From NCBI GenBank assembly GCA_002923315.1, contig BEHM01000009.1, positions 6,571 through 70,570 on the forward strand: a stretch of 64,000 nt of DNA, given 5' to 3'. Shown here piece by piece: positions 26,979 through 36,513 of the stretch. The stretch is from a bacterium HR10. Lineage in GTDB: Bacteria; Acidobacteriota; Blastocatellia; HR10. Positions within the stretch are counted from its first letter, which is position 1; each line of letters opens with the position of its first letter. The position numbers and the translations under genes are program-made. The notes under the pieces are model-generated. The model was given only the letters and a program-made list of their open reading frames with translations, was not told where the DNA came from and searched no databases.

Positions 26979-27835
26979 TCGCGCATGAGCTCCTCGAACA
27001 CCTCTTGCTCCTCGATCTCCTCCAGAGCGCCGATGAATTCCCGAACGTAGGGATCCTCCGAGCGGCGAAGCTGCTCCTCGGTCCCGCTGAAGTAGATGCG
27101 ATGGTGGCGCAGGATGAGGAAGCGCGTGTTGATGAGCGAGAACGCGTCGTCCTCCCGATGAAGGACGAGGATCTCTCCGGCAGCGTTGCGGGTATAGAGG
27201 ACCGAGGAGAGGAAGCGCACATCATCCATGCGATGGGTGACGAAGATGGAGCTGACGCCTTGCAGATCGCGATACTTGGCGGCCAGCTCGCAGAGCGTGC
27301 GGGCTGTCGGGGGATCGAGTCCGGCCGTGGGTTCGTCGAAGAGCAGGATCTCGGGACCGCCGACCATCGCGCGCGCGATGGCGACGGCGCGGCGCATGCC
27401 CCCGGAGAGTTCGCCGGGGAGGGCGTGGACGTCCCCCTTGAAGTCGATGAACGCGAGCTGTCGCATCACCTCTTCCTCGATCCGATCTTCCGGCCATCCT
27501 TCTTCGCGGAGCCGATAGGCGACGTTCTCATAGACGCTCAGGCTATCGAACAGGGCGCCGGATTGGAAGACGATCCCGATCTTCCGACGCACCTTCAGAA
27601 GCTCCTGCTCGGTCATGGAGGTGATCTCCTGACCCTGGATGAGGATCTCCCCATCATCGGGGCGAATGAGCCCGAGCGTGAGGCGCAGGATCGTTGATTT
27701 TCCGCTCCCGGAGCCCCCGAGGATGACGGTCATCTCGCCCGGCCCCACCGAGAACGAGATGTCCTCGAGCACGAAATGCTCGCCGTCGTAGGAGTGCCAG
27801 ACGTTTCGGAACTCGATGACCGACGGCATCGCCAT
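26975..27835 (-). CDS. MlaF-like ABC transporter ATP-binding protein, canonical motifs
   Basis: Walker A 'GGSGSGKST', 'IVFQSGALF', 'LSGGMRRA', Walker B 'ILLFDEPTAGLD', H-loop 'IFVTHRMDDV'. Start ATG 27835 ('MAMPSVIEFRNV') is preferred over track start 27892. No clear SD for either, so the start is uncertain. Confidence 0.85.
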   Translation of the reverse strand: MAMPSVIEFRNVWHSYDGEHFVLEDISFSVGPGEMTVILGGSGSGKSTILRLTLGLIRPDDGEILIQGQEITSMTEQELLKVRRKIGIVFQSGALFDSLSVYENVAYRLREEGWPEDRIEEEVMRQLAFIDFKGDVHALPGELSGGMRRAVAIARAMVGGPEILLFDEPTAGLDPPTARTLCELAAKYRDLQGVSSIFVTHRMDDVRFLSSVLYTRNAAGEILVLHREDDAFSLINTRFLILRHHRIYFSGTEEQLRRSEDPYVREFIGALEEIEEQEVFEELMRE

Positions 27836-27920
27836 CTGCACCCAGCGCGATCGTCGCCAGTGACTCTTGTTTATATCACACGATCGGCCCATCGGGCCAT
27901 AGGGAGGGCGGGTTCGGCGA

Positions 27921-27950
27921 TTGACACAGGGGGGTGCAGCCGAGTATAAA
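27921..27950 (+). promoter_or_regulatory. sigma-70-like promoter for the 28010 gene
   Basis: TTGACA, 18 nt, TATAAA. Confidence 0.45.
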
Positions 27951-28009
27951 TCGGCGCGAGCGATCGCGGTGTTGGATTCGCGACAAGGTGCGGGGTTGAG
28001 GGAGCCGAC

Positions 28010-28663
28010 GTGGAGCAGACGGGAGCGTACGTCTACTGCAATCGCTACAGCGAAGTGAAGTCGGTGCTGATCTGCGCCGTGCGGTGTCCGTATGCGCTCG
28101 GGTGTCGGGATTGGGCGGGAGCGCTGGCCAGCGATCGGCGCGAGCGCATCGAGCGGGAAGTGCGCGCCTATGCGGAGGCGAAGGGCCTCATCCTCAATCC
28201 CGAGGTATGGTATCCCCTCTCGGGACGGCGGAAGCGCAAGAGGAGCTCGCCGCAGGCGGTGGATACGGGTTCGCTCTCATCCTCGTCGCCTTCGGGCGCG
28301 ACGGGGTCATCTTCCCGGTCACACATCGAGGATTCTCGGAGCGGGGAGGGAAGACGCATGGGAGGAGAGAAGAGCGCGGACGTGAAGCGGACGGAGCCAT
28401 TCGCCATCGCGCGGGAGAGCGAGTCCCAGTCCGCGAAGCGCAAGAAAGGGGCGAGGGCTTCCTCGCGCCGGAAGAAGCGGGAGGCGCAACCGGCGGGGAC
28501 GATCTTCCTCATCCTCGATCGGAATGGGCGATATCGGGAGGTCAAGAGTGAGGAGGAGATGAAGCGCATCGCCATCGAGAGCGCGGGGCGGAATAAGAAA
28601 GGATTGCGCTTCGCGCGGGCGACGCTGCTGGAGGTCGAGGTCACGTTTCGCCCGGTCCGATGA
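28010..28663 (+). CDS. hypothetical protein: N-terminal 4-Cys module, long Ser/Arg/Lys-rich disordered linker, small C-terminal domain
   Basis: GTG start at 28010 with GAGGGAG 6 nt upstream and a good sigma-70-like promoter at 27921-27950. High GC3 throughout. 'YVYCNRYSEVKSVLICAVRCPYALGC' and C-terminal 'IFLILDRNGRYREVKSEEEMKRIAIE...LLEVEVTFRPV'. Confidence 0.6.
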   Translation: MEQTGAYVYCNRYSEVKSVLICAVRCPYALGCRDWAGALASDRRERIEREVRAYAEAKGLILNPEVWYPLSGRRKRKRSSPQAVDTGSLSSSSPSGATGSSSRSHIEDSRSGEGRRMGGEKSADVKRTEPFAIARESESQSAKRKKGARASSRRKKREAQPAGTIFLILDRNGRYREVKSEEEMKRIAIESAGRNKKGLRFARATLLEVEVTFRPVR

Positions 28664-28704
28664 TGGCGATGCGCCCCGGAGGGGGCGCATCGCGCGGGGG
28701 CGGA

Positions 28705-29355
28705 TCATCCGAGGCAGAATCCGACGTTCACCAATCCGACGCCGATGGGGACGACGAACCCCAAGCAGGGGACGATCTTGAAAAACGGCGGCGTATTGGT
28801 GAGCACGACGTTGAACCCGATGGCGGGGCCGATGATCCCCAGCAGGGATTGCGCGGCCTCGACGCTGGTGGCCGAGGCGCGCTTCGGAAGTGGCGTGAAC
28901 TTGTATTCGCTGGCCGGGAGGCTCGCGACGACATTGCCGAACCGATCGCGGAGATTCAGGGAGAGGCGCCGCGTCTGCGGATGGCCTCCGATCTCGAGCG
29001 TGTAGAGGCCAGCCGGCAGCGTCTTATTCTGCACGGAGAACGCCTTCCCGGCCTCGAGGATCCCCACCGTGCCCAGGCGTCGCGGATCCCAGGACGAGGC
29101 GGGCGTCAGTGTCACCGGCGTATCGCCGATCTGCAAGAGCTTCGCCTGACTGGAGTCCACCGTCATCCCGATCTCCACGGCGCGATTCTGGACGAAGAGG
29201 TCGAGCGTCTGAAAGAGGCTCGGAACGTCGAGACCGTTCACGCCCGCGAGGTCTTGGGGAGGTTCGGAAGCGGTCGTGAGCGCCGCTTCCCGGGAGGAGG
29301 GGAAGGAGAGAGCCAGCAGGAACGCGATCATCATCATCGCCGTACGCATCTTCAT
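28705..29355 (-). CDS. hypothetical secreted protein with a Gly/Val-rich hydrophobic C-terminal tail
   Basis: ATG 29355 lies 9 nt after GGAGG and gives signal peptide 'MKMRTAMMMIAFLLALSFPSS'. The rest of the 398-aa track ORF upstream is Arg-rich junk. Tail: 'GIIGPAIGFNVVLTNTPPFFKIVPCLGFVVPIGVGLVNVGFCLG'. Confidence 0.6.
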   Translation of the reverse strand: MKMRTAMMMIAFLLALSFPSSREAALTTASEPPQDLAGVNGLDVPSLFQTLDLFVQNRAVEIGMTVDSSQAKLLQIGDTPVTLTPASSWDPRRLGTVGILEAGKAFSVQNKTLPAGLYTLEIGGHPQTRRLSLNLRDRFGNVVASLPASEYKFTPLPKRASATSVEAAQSLLGIIGPAIGFNVVLTNTPPFFKIVPCLGFVVPIGVGLVNVGFCLG

Positions 29356-29572
29356 CGTCTTTCGCCTCCAGAGAAGATCACTTCGCGCACGACGCCGTGA
29401 GGGTGCCGACCTGGGCGCTCTCTCGCGCTCCGCTCGGTGACCTCTTTTCGGCGTCGTTTCCCTTGTCATCCGCCAGATGGGACGGCGGGCGAGCGAGCGA
29501 GTGTTGTATGGATTTTTAGGGGGGAGGCGCACGTCATCGCCGAACGTGCGCTTTCGAGGCGAGGCGCGCGTC

Positions 29573-29602
29573 TTGTCCCCTCTCCCTCGGGTCGAGTACA
29601 AT
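29573..29602 (+). promoter_or_regulatory. sigma-70-like promoter for the M14 peptidase gene
   Basis: TTGTCC, 18 nt, TACAAT. Confidence 0.35.
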
Positions 29603-29650
29603 GCCGCTTCCACGAACACGTGAGGAGAACGCTTGAGGAGGGGGAGACGT

Positions 29651-32194
29651 ATGCTCGGACGCGCACGGGGTTGGTCGAGTCTTCTGCTCATCATCTTGAC
29701 GGTCGGGGGAGCGCTTCCGGCGCAGCGGGCCATTCCTTCCCCGAGAGAGTATTTGGGGTTCGACATCGGGGAGGATCGCCGACTCGCCAGTTGGCCGCAG
29801 ATCGTCGAATATCTCCGGCGGTTGGACGAAGCCTCGGATCGTCTGCGCGTTGTGGAGCTTGGGCTGACGACGGAAGGGCGCCCCTTCATCATGGCGATCA
29901 TCGCGGCTCCGCAGACGCTCGCTCACCTGGAGGAGTATCGTCAGCTCCAGAAGCGGCTCGCCGATCCGCGCGGCCTCTCCGAGGCGGAAGCGCGGGCGTT
30001 GATCGAGCGGGGGAAGGTCGTCGTCTTGATCACCTGCAATATTCATTCGACGGAGGTGGCCAGCGCGCAAACGGCGCTTGAGTTCGCGTGGCGCATGGTG
30101 ACTGAGGATTCGCCGCGCGTGCGGGAGATCCTGGAGAATGTGATCCTGCTGCTCATCCCCTCGCTCAATCCGGATGGGAATCAGATGGTCTACGAGTGGT
30201 ATCAGCGGACGCTCGGCACGCCGTATGAAGGGACGAGTCCGCCGTGGCTCTATCACAAGTACGTGGGGCACGACAACAATCGGGATTGGTACATGTTCAC
30301 GCAGGTGGAGACGCAGCTCACCGTGGAGAAGGTGCATAACGCCTGGCACCCGCAGATCGTCTACGATGTCCATCAGATGGGAGCCTATGGAGCGCGCATC
30401 TTCGCGCCGCCCTGGATTGATCCGATCGAGCCGAACATTGACCCGATCCTCGTGCAGGGGATGAACTGGTTGGGCATGAAGATAGCGGCCGATCTCACAG
30501 CGGAAGGGAAGACGGGGGTCGTCGTCAATGCGATTTACGATCTCTGGACGCCGGCGCGGTGCTACCAGTGCTATCATGGGGGCTTGCGGATCTTGACCGA
30601 ATCGGCGAGCGTGCGCATCGCCTCGCCCATTGAGATCCCTTTCGAGCGGCTGCAGGGGGGACGCGGTTATGATGCGCGACAACCGAGTTGGAATTTCCCT
30701 CAGCCCTGGCCCGGAGGCGTTTGGCGCTTGCGCGATATTGTGGACTATCAGCTCTCGGCCTTCTTCTCGCTCTTGCAGACGGCGGCGCGGCATCGGGATC
30801 ACTTCTTGTGGAATTTTTATCGGGTCGGGAAGCGGGCGGTCGAGCGGCAGGGGCCGCCGTATGCCTTCGTCATCCTGGCGGAGCAGAGAGATCCGGCGGC
30901 GGCCCGCGTGCTCATCGAGACCTTGCGCTTCGGACTCGTAGAGGTCTGGCGAGCGCGAGCGGCGTTTCAGGCGGACGGGCGGATGTTCTCGGCCGGCAGT
31001 TATGTCATCCCGTTGGCACAACCCTATGGCGCGTTCGCCAAGGCGTTGCTCGAGCGGCAGCACTATCCCGATCTGCGGGAGTACCCGGGGGGACCGCCCA
31101 AGCGCCCCTATGACGTGACCGCACACACGCTCCCGCTGCTGATGGGTGTGGACGTGGTGGAGATCGCTCGCCCCTTCTCTGCCGAGCTGGAGCGCGTGGA
31201 GCGAGTGGATGAACCGAGAGGGGGGATCGTGGGCGGACGGTCTCCGCATGGGTATCTGATTCGGCCGGAGGGGCATCATGAGATCGCTGCGCTCTTTGAG
31301 CTGCTCAGGCGAGGAGCGCGTGTGTATCGGCTTCTGGAGGCGTCGGCTTTTCCCCCGGGCACGGCGTTCATCCCCTCCGGACAGGAGGCGCTTCTTGAAG
31401 AGGTCGCCCGACGCTTCTCGATCACGGTGCATGCGGCGCGCGAACGTCCGCGCGGGGCTGCTCTTGAGTTGCGACTGCCGCGCGTGGGGATATATCGGAG
31501 CTATGTCCCCTCGATGGACGAGGGGTGGACGCGGTGGGTCTTCGACCGCTTCGGCATCCCGTATGAGAACGTCTACGATCGCGATGTGCGAGCCGGGAAT
31601 TTGCGCGCGCGCTTCGATGTCCTCCTCTTACCCGATCACGCGCCACGCGCGATCGTGGAAGGGCATCGGCCGGGTACGATGCCCGAAGAGTACACGGGAG
31701 GGCTTGGCGACGTCGGCCTCGCGCAGTTGCGCGCCTTCGCTGAGGCGGGGGGAACCCTCGTGGCGTTCAATCAGGCTTCGACGGTCCTCCTGCGAAGCGT
31801 TCATCCCGCTGTGCGCGATGTGCTCGCGGGCGTTTCCGAGCGAGAGTTCTATGGACCGGGTTCGATCCTGAGAGCCGAGTTCGATCCCGCGCATCCGGTC
31901 GCCTTCGGCATGGACCGCGAGGCGGCGATCTGGTTCGAGGAAGGACCAGCGTTCGAGATGGGGGAATCGGCGGTGGCCATCGCGCGGTATCCGTCGGGCG
32001 ATCCGCTGTTGAGCGGATGGCTGCTGGGTGGGGAGCGGCTCTCCGGGAAAGCCGCGCTCGTCGAGGTCCCGATCGGTCGAGGTCGCGCCATCCTCTTCGG
32101 GTTCCGACCGCAATATCGGGGACAGTCTTACGCCACGTTCAAGACGGTCTTCAACGCGCTGCTCTATGCGGCTTCGGAGCGAGTGACCTGGTGA
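29651..32194 (+). CDS. M14-family zinc carboxypeptidase-like protein (large, secreted)
   Basis: ATG 29651 follows GAGGAGGGGGAG. Signal 'MLGRARGWSSLLLIILTVGGA'. 'ITCNIHSTEVAS' (HxxE zinc ligands), 'LIPSLNPDGNQ', 'GHDNNRDWYMF'. Confidence 0.8.
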   Translation: MLGRARGWSSLLLIILTVGGALPAQRAIPSPREYLGFDIGEDRRLASWPQIVEYLRRLDEASDRLRVVELGLTTEGRPFIMAIIAAPQTLAHLEEYRQLQKRLADPRGLSEAEARALIERGKVVVLITCNIHSTEVASAQTALEFAWRMVTEDSPRVREILENVILLLIPSLNPDGNQMVYEWYQRTLGTPYEGTSPPWLYHKYVGHDNNRDWYMFTQVETQLTVEKVHNAWHPQIVYDVHQMGAYGARIFAPPWIDPIEPNIDPILVQGMNWLGMKIAADLTAEGKTGVVVNAIYDLWTPARCYQCYHGGLRILTESASVRIASPIEIPFERLQGGRGYDARQPSWNFPQPWPGGVWRLRDIVDYQLSAFFSLLQTAARHRDHFLWNFYRVGKRAVERQGPPYAFVILAEQRDPAAARVLIETLRFGLVEVWRARAAFQADGRMFSAGSYVIPLAQPYGAFAKALLERQHYPDLREYPGGPPKRPYDVTAHTLPLLMGVDVVEIARPFSAELERVERVDEPRGGIVGGRSPHGYLIRPEGHHEIAALFELLRRGARVYRLLEASAFPPGTAFIPSGQEALLEEVARRFSITVHAARERPRGAALELRLPRVGIYRSYVPSMDEGWTRWVFDRFGIPYENVYDRDVRAGNLRARFDVLLLPDHAPRAIVEGHRPGTMPEEYTGGLGDVGLAQLRAFAEAGGTLVAFNQASTVLLRSVHPAVRDVLAGVSEREFYGPGSILRAEFDPAHPVAFGMDREAAIWFEEGPAFEMGESAVAIARYPSGDPLLSGWLLGGERLSGKAALVEVPIGRGRAILFGFRPQYRGQSYATFKTVFNALLYAASERVTW

Positions 32195-32242
32195 ACCAAA
32201 CGGCGGGGTGACTCGGCGGACGTGCGGCGCCTGCGGTGACGC

Positions 32243-33139
32243 TCACAGCCGGGCGCGGCGCCGATAGAGCGCGATCAGCCCTTGCGTCCCCTGTTCGCCG
32301 AGTCCCTCGGCGACCGCCTCGCGGAAGAGGCGGAAGGCGAGCGCCGCTCCTGGAAAGATCTCCGGCTCATCCTCGAGTGCTCGCCCCGAGATCTGCTCGA
32401 TGGCTTCGCGCACCAGGCGCAGGTCTTTCTGTTGAAGAGCGATCTTGAACCCCGGCGCGAAGTCGTTCTGCATGATCTTCGGGACAAGCGTCGAGAGCAT
32501 CCAGGAGGCGGCCGCTCCACCAGCGACGGCGCGGAACGTCGTCTCCAGGTTGAGCCCCAAGCTCTCCGCCAGGTGAACCCCTTCGACGACGGCGATGATG
32601 GTGAGGGCGCAGATGAGCTGATTCACGAGCTTCGTCTTCTGACCGCTTCCGCTGGGTCCCGTGTAGATGATCGTCTTCCCCAAGGCGCGAAGGACGGGCA
32701 AGCATCGCTGGAAGGTATCTTCTCGGCCTCCGACCATAATGGCGAGCGTGCCCTCGATGGCGCCACGTTCTCCGCCGCTGACGGGGGCATCGAGCATCTC
32801 GCATCCTCGCTCGGCGAGGCGCCGCGCGAACGCTGTGGCGGCCTCCGGAGCGATCGTGCTCATCTCGATCACGGTGCTCCCCGGGCGGATGCCCTCCCAG
32901 ACCCCTCCCGGACCAAAGAGCACGGCTTCGACATCGGGCGTGTCCGAGAGCATGGTGAGGACGACTTCGGACGCTTCGGCGAGGTCAGCTGGGGAAGGCG
33001 CCCACGCGGCGCCCATCTCAAGGAGCGGCTGGGCCTTGCTCGCCGTGCGATTATAAACGGTCAGGGGGAATCCCGCCTTGAGGAGATTCATCGCCATGGG
33101 GCGTCCCATCGTGCCGAGTCCGATGAATCCGAGGCGCAT
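32243..33139 (-). CDS. NAD(P)-dependent 3-hydroxyisobutyrate / 2-hydroxy-3-oxopropionate reductase-family dehydrogenase
   Basis: 'MRLGFIGLGTMGRPMAMNLLKAGFPLTVYNRT' dinucleotide fold and 'GSGQKTKLVNQ' motif. Confidence 0.85.
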   Translation of the reverse strand: MRLGFIGLGTMGRPMAMNLLKAGFPLTVYNRTASKAQPLLEMGAAWAPSPADLAEASEVVLTMLSDTPDVEAVLFGPGGVWEGIRPGSTVIEMSTIAPEAATAFARRLAERGCEMLDAPVSGGERGAIEGTLAIMVGGREDTFQRCLPVLRALGKTIIYTGPSGSGQKTKLVNQLICALTIIAVVEGVHLAESLGLNLETTFRAVAGGAAASWMLSTLVPKIMQNDFAPGFKIALQQKDLRLVREAIEQISGRALEDEPEIFPGAALAFRLFREAVAEGLGEQGTQGLIALYRRRARL

Positions 33140-33149
33140 ACGTTCCTCC

Positions 33150-34901
33150 TCATCGTGTCGTCGTCAGGCCATGTCCGATCGGATAGGCGCCGGGCAGGCT
33201 GATGGGAAGTTTCCCGGTGAAGGGGATCTCACCGAGAATGGCTCGGAGCGCCGCGCGCTCGGCCTCCGGATAGTACTCGTAGGTCAGGATGTAGGTCGGC
33301 AGTTCGGGGACGACGGAGAGCGCGTAGGGGCTGCCGAAGAGGGTGAAGACGAACGGTTTCTCCAATGTCGAGAGGAAGCGGAGCAGGTCCAGCTGCCCCT
33401 CGGTCAGATCAATGGAGCCTTTGTACGCGGCGACGCGGATGAAGCCATTGGCCAGAATGACGTCGCAGAGACTGGCCAGTTTCTTGATGACTTCGATCGT
33501 CTCGCGCGATGTCCTCTCGTCAATCGTCACTTCGACCACATTCTGATGGCGCTTGAGGAGTTCTACGCGGAAGGCGGCTCCGGGCGGACCTTCGCGCCAT
33601 CCCTCCCGCGCGTCGAGGATTGTGAGCAACAGGACGCGTTGCGCTTCCTGCAGCGAGAGCGGGAGGACGCGGCGCTCATCGCGCACCAGTGTGATCGCGC
33701 GTTCGATCATCATGCGCGCCCATTGCTGATGGTCGTGCTGACCGACGATCGCTTCGATTCGGTCGAGGTCCACGTACCGATTCCGGTGCAGGCCGAGCCG
33801 CGCCTTCGCCTCCAGAAGCCGTCGCACCGAAGCCTCGATGCGCTCCAGGGGGATCTCGCCGCGTTCGACGGCGCGGCGGAGCGCCGTGAAGGATCGCTCG
33901 ATGTCCACGGGGAAGAGGATCACATCGGCTCCGGCGCGTACGGCGCGCAGCGTCGCTTCCTCCGGCGTGAAGTGATCGGCGATCCCCCGCATCTCCATGG
34001 CATCGGTGAAGATCAGCCCCTGAAAGCCCAGCTCCCTCCGAAGGAGCCCGGTGAGGATCGCGGGCGAGAGCGTCGCGGGTACGCCCCGCTCCGGCTCCAG
34101 GTGAGGCAGCGCGATGTGAGCCGTCATGATCGCCGCCACGCCCGCGCGGATAGCCGCGCGGAAGGGGGGGAGCTCCACCTGCTCCAGGCGATCGCGCCCG
34201 ACCGTGATGACGGGCAGCTCCAGATGCGAATCCTGGCTCGTATCGCCATGGCCGGGGAAATGCTTGGCCGTCGCCAGTTGTCCGTTCTCTTGCGCGCCGC
34301 GAATGTATGCTTGACCGAGCCGCGAGACGAGCGCGACGTCCTCGCCGAACGATCGGATGTTGATGATGGGGTTTCTCGGATTGTTGTTGACATCCAGGAC
34401 TGGGTAGAAATTCACGTGAATTCCCATGGCGCGCCCCTCGATGGCCGTGATCTGGCCGGCGCGATACGCCAGCTCTTCGCTCCCAGTCGCGCCCAGAGCC
34501 ATCGCGCGCGGCAGACGCGTCGCTCCGCGAAACTGGTATCCCGGTCCGCCCTCCAGATCCGCCGTGATCAAAAGCGGGATCTTCGCCAGTCGTTGCATGC
34601 GATTCAACAGGGCCGCCAGGGCGACGGGATCTCCGCCGAAGGCGTGGTAGCCGCCAACGTGAAAGTCCACGATGTTCCGCTCGATGCGGCGAAACTCCTC
34701 GCTCTCGCGATTCATGAAGACGGGAGACATCGCGGGGATGAGCATCTGTCCGATCTTCTCCTCCAGCGTCATCTCCCGGAGCGTCTCTTCGACCCAGGCG
34801 CGATCTTCCGGACTCAAGGGGCGTGAGACGTCCTGTCGCGCGATGACGGACGTCGTGAACGAGAGCCACAGGACGAGTGCGATGATCCCGGCTCGTTTCA
34901 T
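33150..34901 (-). CDS. glycoside hydrolase family 3 (beta-N-acetylhexosaminidase/NagZ-like), secreted
   Basis: Signal 'MKRAGIIALVLWLSFTTSVIA', 'ADLEGG', 'KHFPGHGDTSQDSHLELP', plus a C-terminal alpha/beta domain. Confidence 0.85.
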   Translation of the reverse strand: MKRAGIIALVLWLSFTTSVIARQDVSRPLSPEDRAWVEETLREMTLEEKIGQMLIPAMSPVFMNRESEEFRRIERNIVDFHVGGYHAFGGDPVALAALLNRMQRLAKIPLLITADLEGGPGYQFRGATRLPRAMALGATGSEELAYRAGQITAIEGRAMGIHVNFYPVLDVNNNPRNPIINIRSFGEDVALVSRLGQAYIRGAQENGQLATAKHFPGHGDTSQDSHLELPVITVGRDRLEQVELPPFRAAIRAGVAAIMTAHIALPHLEPERGVPATLSPAILTGLLRRELGFQGLIFTDAMEMRGIADHFTPEEATLRAVRAGADVILFPVDIERSFTALRRAVERGEIPLERIEASVRRLLEAKARLGLHRNRYVDLDRIEAIVGQHDHQQWARMMIERAITLVRDERRVLPLSLQEAQRVLLLTILDAREGWREGPPGAAFRVELLKRHQNVVEVTIDERTSRETIEVIKKLASLCDVILANGFIRVAAYKGSIDLTEGQLDLLRFLSTLEKPFVFTLFGSPYALSVVPELPTYILTYEYYPEAERAALRAILGEIPFTGKLPISLPGAYPIGHGLTTTR

Positions 34902-34994
34902 CTTCCCCCCTCCCCGCGAGATTCCGATGAATCGTGAGTGTAGCGTTCGTCCGGTCCGCTCCGCAAATCCCCGGATGGGAGGAGCTGCGGACGC

Positions 34995-35876
34995 TTATGG
35001 TTCGGGCGCTCTCGGGTCCTCGGATCGCTCGATCGGGCGCGCGGGGTCGGTGATCCATTCGCTCCAAGAGCCGGCGTAGAGTCGGGCCTCGCCGAGGCCT
35101 GCGTGCGCGAGCGCCAGGAGGTTATGTGCGGCCGTCACGCCGGAGCCGCAGTAGAAGATCGCGCGCGAGGCCGGGACACCGCCCAAGATCCGCTCGAAGC
35201 GCTGACGCAGCTCGGCGGCTGGGCGAAATCGGCCTCGGGCATCGAGATTTTCGAGATAAGGCGCGCAGATGGCTCCCGGGATGTGGCCGGCCACCGGATC
35301 AATCGGCTCGTACTCACCGCGATACCGCTCCTGGCTTCGCGAATCAATCAGCCGGATGTGGGGATTGCCCAGGGCCGCCAAGACATCCTCGACACTCGCC
35401 ACCAGTTCCGGGCGGGGGCGGGGGACGAAGCAGCGGGGAGAGCGCCATTCGCGCCCACGACGGAACGGGCGGCCTTCGGCGCGCCAGCACGACCAGCCGC
35501 CATCCAGGACGGCGACGGCCTCGTGCCCGAGCCACCGCAGCAGCCACCAGAGGCGCGCGGCCACGGAGCCACCGCTGTCATCATAGGCGACGACCTGAAC
35601 GGTCGCCGCGATCCCCCACGCGCTGAATCGTTCGACCAGATGTTCGATGGGCGGGAGCGGATGACGTCCGGTCTTCCCCGGAATGACCGGGCCCGTGAGG
35701 TCTCGCTCCAGGTGCGCATAGAGCGCGCCCGGGATGTGTCCCTGTTCATACGCGCGTTCGCCTCGCGTGGGGTCCTCCAATGCGAACCGGCAGTCCACGA
35801 GCACCCAGGCCGGATCGTCCACATGCTGCTGCAAGACTTCGGTCGAGATCAGCGTGCGAGAGATCATCGAGCGCAC
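34995..35876 (-). CDS. sseA: 3-mercaptopyruvate/thiosulfate sulfurtransferase (tandem rhodanese)
   Basis: Two rhodanese domains with active-site loop '[10 protein letters not shown]'. The start may be ATG 35867, which forms an ATGA overlap with the rpiB stop. Confidence 0.85.
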   Translation of the reverse strand: MRSMISRTLISTEVLQQHVDDPAWVLVDCRFALEDPTRGERAYEQGHIPGALYAHLERDLTGPVIPGKTGRHPLPPIEHLVERFSAWGIAATVQVVAYDDSGGSVAARLWWLLRWLGHEAVAVLDGGWSCWRAEGRPFRRGREWRSPRCFVPRPRPELVASVEDVLAALGNPHIRLIDSRSQERYRGEYEPIDPVAGHIPGAICAPYLENLDARGRFRPAAELRQRFERILGGVPASRAIFYCGSGVTAAHNLLALAHAGLGEARLYAGSWSEWITDPARPIERSEDPRAPEP

Positions 35877-36337
35877 TCACCCTGAGGTCTCAGGAATCGA
35901 GCTTCGAGTTGGCGGAGTTTCTCCAGGCGACGACGATGTCGTTCCTCACCGCTGAAGCGCGCGTTCAGGAACGCGCGCACAAGTTCTTTCGCCAGCTCCG
36001 GACCGATGACGCGCGCGCCAAGGACGAGCACGTTGAGGTCATCGTGTTCGACGCCCTGGCGCGCGGAATACGTGTCATGGCACAGCCCCGCGCGAATCCC
36101 CGGCACCTTGTTGGCGGCGACCGAGGCGCCGACGCCGCTCCCGCAGATGAGGATGCCGCGCTCGGCTCGCCCTTGCAGGAGGGCGTCGGCGACGGCTTCG
36201 GCGTAGTCGGGATAATCCACCGGATCCGCGCTCTGGGTCCCCAGGTCTTCCACGTCATGTCCGAGCTCGCGCAGATGGGCGACGAGCATCTGCTTCAGCT
36301 CGAAACCGGCGTGATCGGCTCCGATGACGATGCGCAT
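35864..36337 (-). CDS. rpiB: ribose-5-phosphate isomerase B
   Basis: '[15 protein letters not shown]' and '[17 protein letters not shown]'. Confidence 0.9.
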   Translation of the reverse strand: MRIVIGADHAGFELKQMLVAHLRELGHDVEDLGTQSADPVDYPDYAEAVADALLQGRAERGILICGSGVGASVAANKVPGIRAGLCHDTYSARQGVEHDDLNVLVLGARVIGPELAKELVRAFLNARFSGEERHRRRLEKLRQLEARFLRPQGECAR

Positions 36338-36450
36338 GTTCGGCCTCCGCAGCTCCGGATTCGGGGAAAGTGTACCAAAGGGGCGTCGCTCGGGGGAAGG
36401 CGTGGTTGCGGTCTATAAGGGGAGATGATTTCGGCAGAAAAAGAATAAAT

Positions 36451-36479
36451 TTTACAAATGCCGGGGTGATCGCTACACT
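36451..36479 (+). promoter_or_regulatory. sigma-70-like promoter for ilvBNC
   Basis: TTTACA, 17 nt, TACACT, within an unusually AT-rich patch. Confidence 0.45.
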
Positions 36480-36513
36480 ATCTCTCTCGCGAGGGGAAAG
36501 GAGAATGGGCGGT

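Noticed and set aside
24333-29355. RiPP-like cluster idea: a B12-radical SAM gene, ABC ATPases and a protein with a Gly/Val/Asn-rich C-terminus reminiscent of proteusin cores.
   Set aside because: The genes are on different strands in convergent or divergent units. The candidate 'precursor' has a Sec signal peptide rather than a leader domain. The ABC proteins are MlaF-like NBDs without export TMDs or peptidase domains. No epimerase, cyclase or protease is present.
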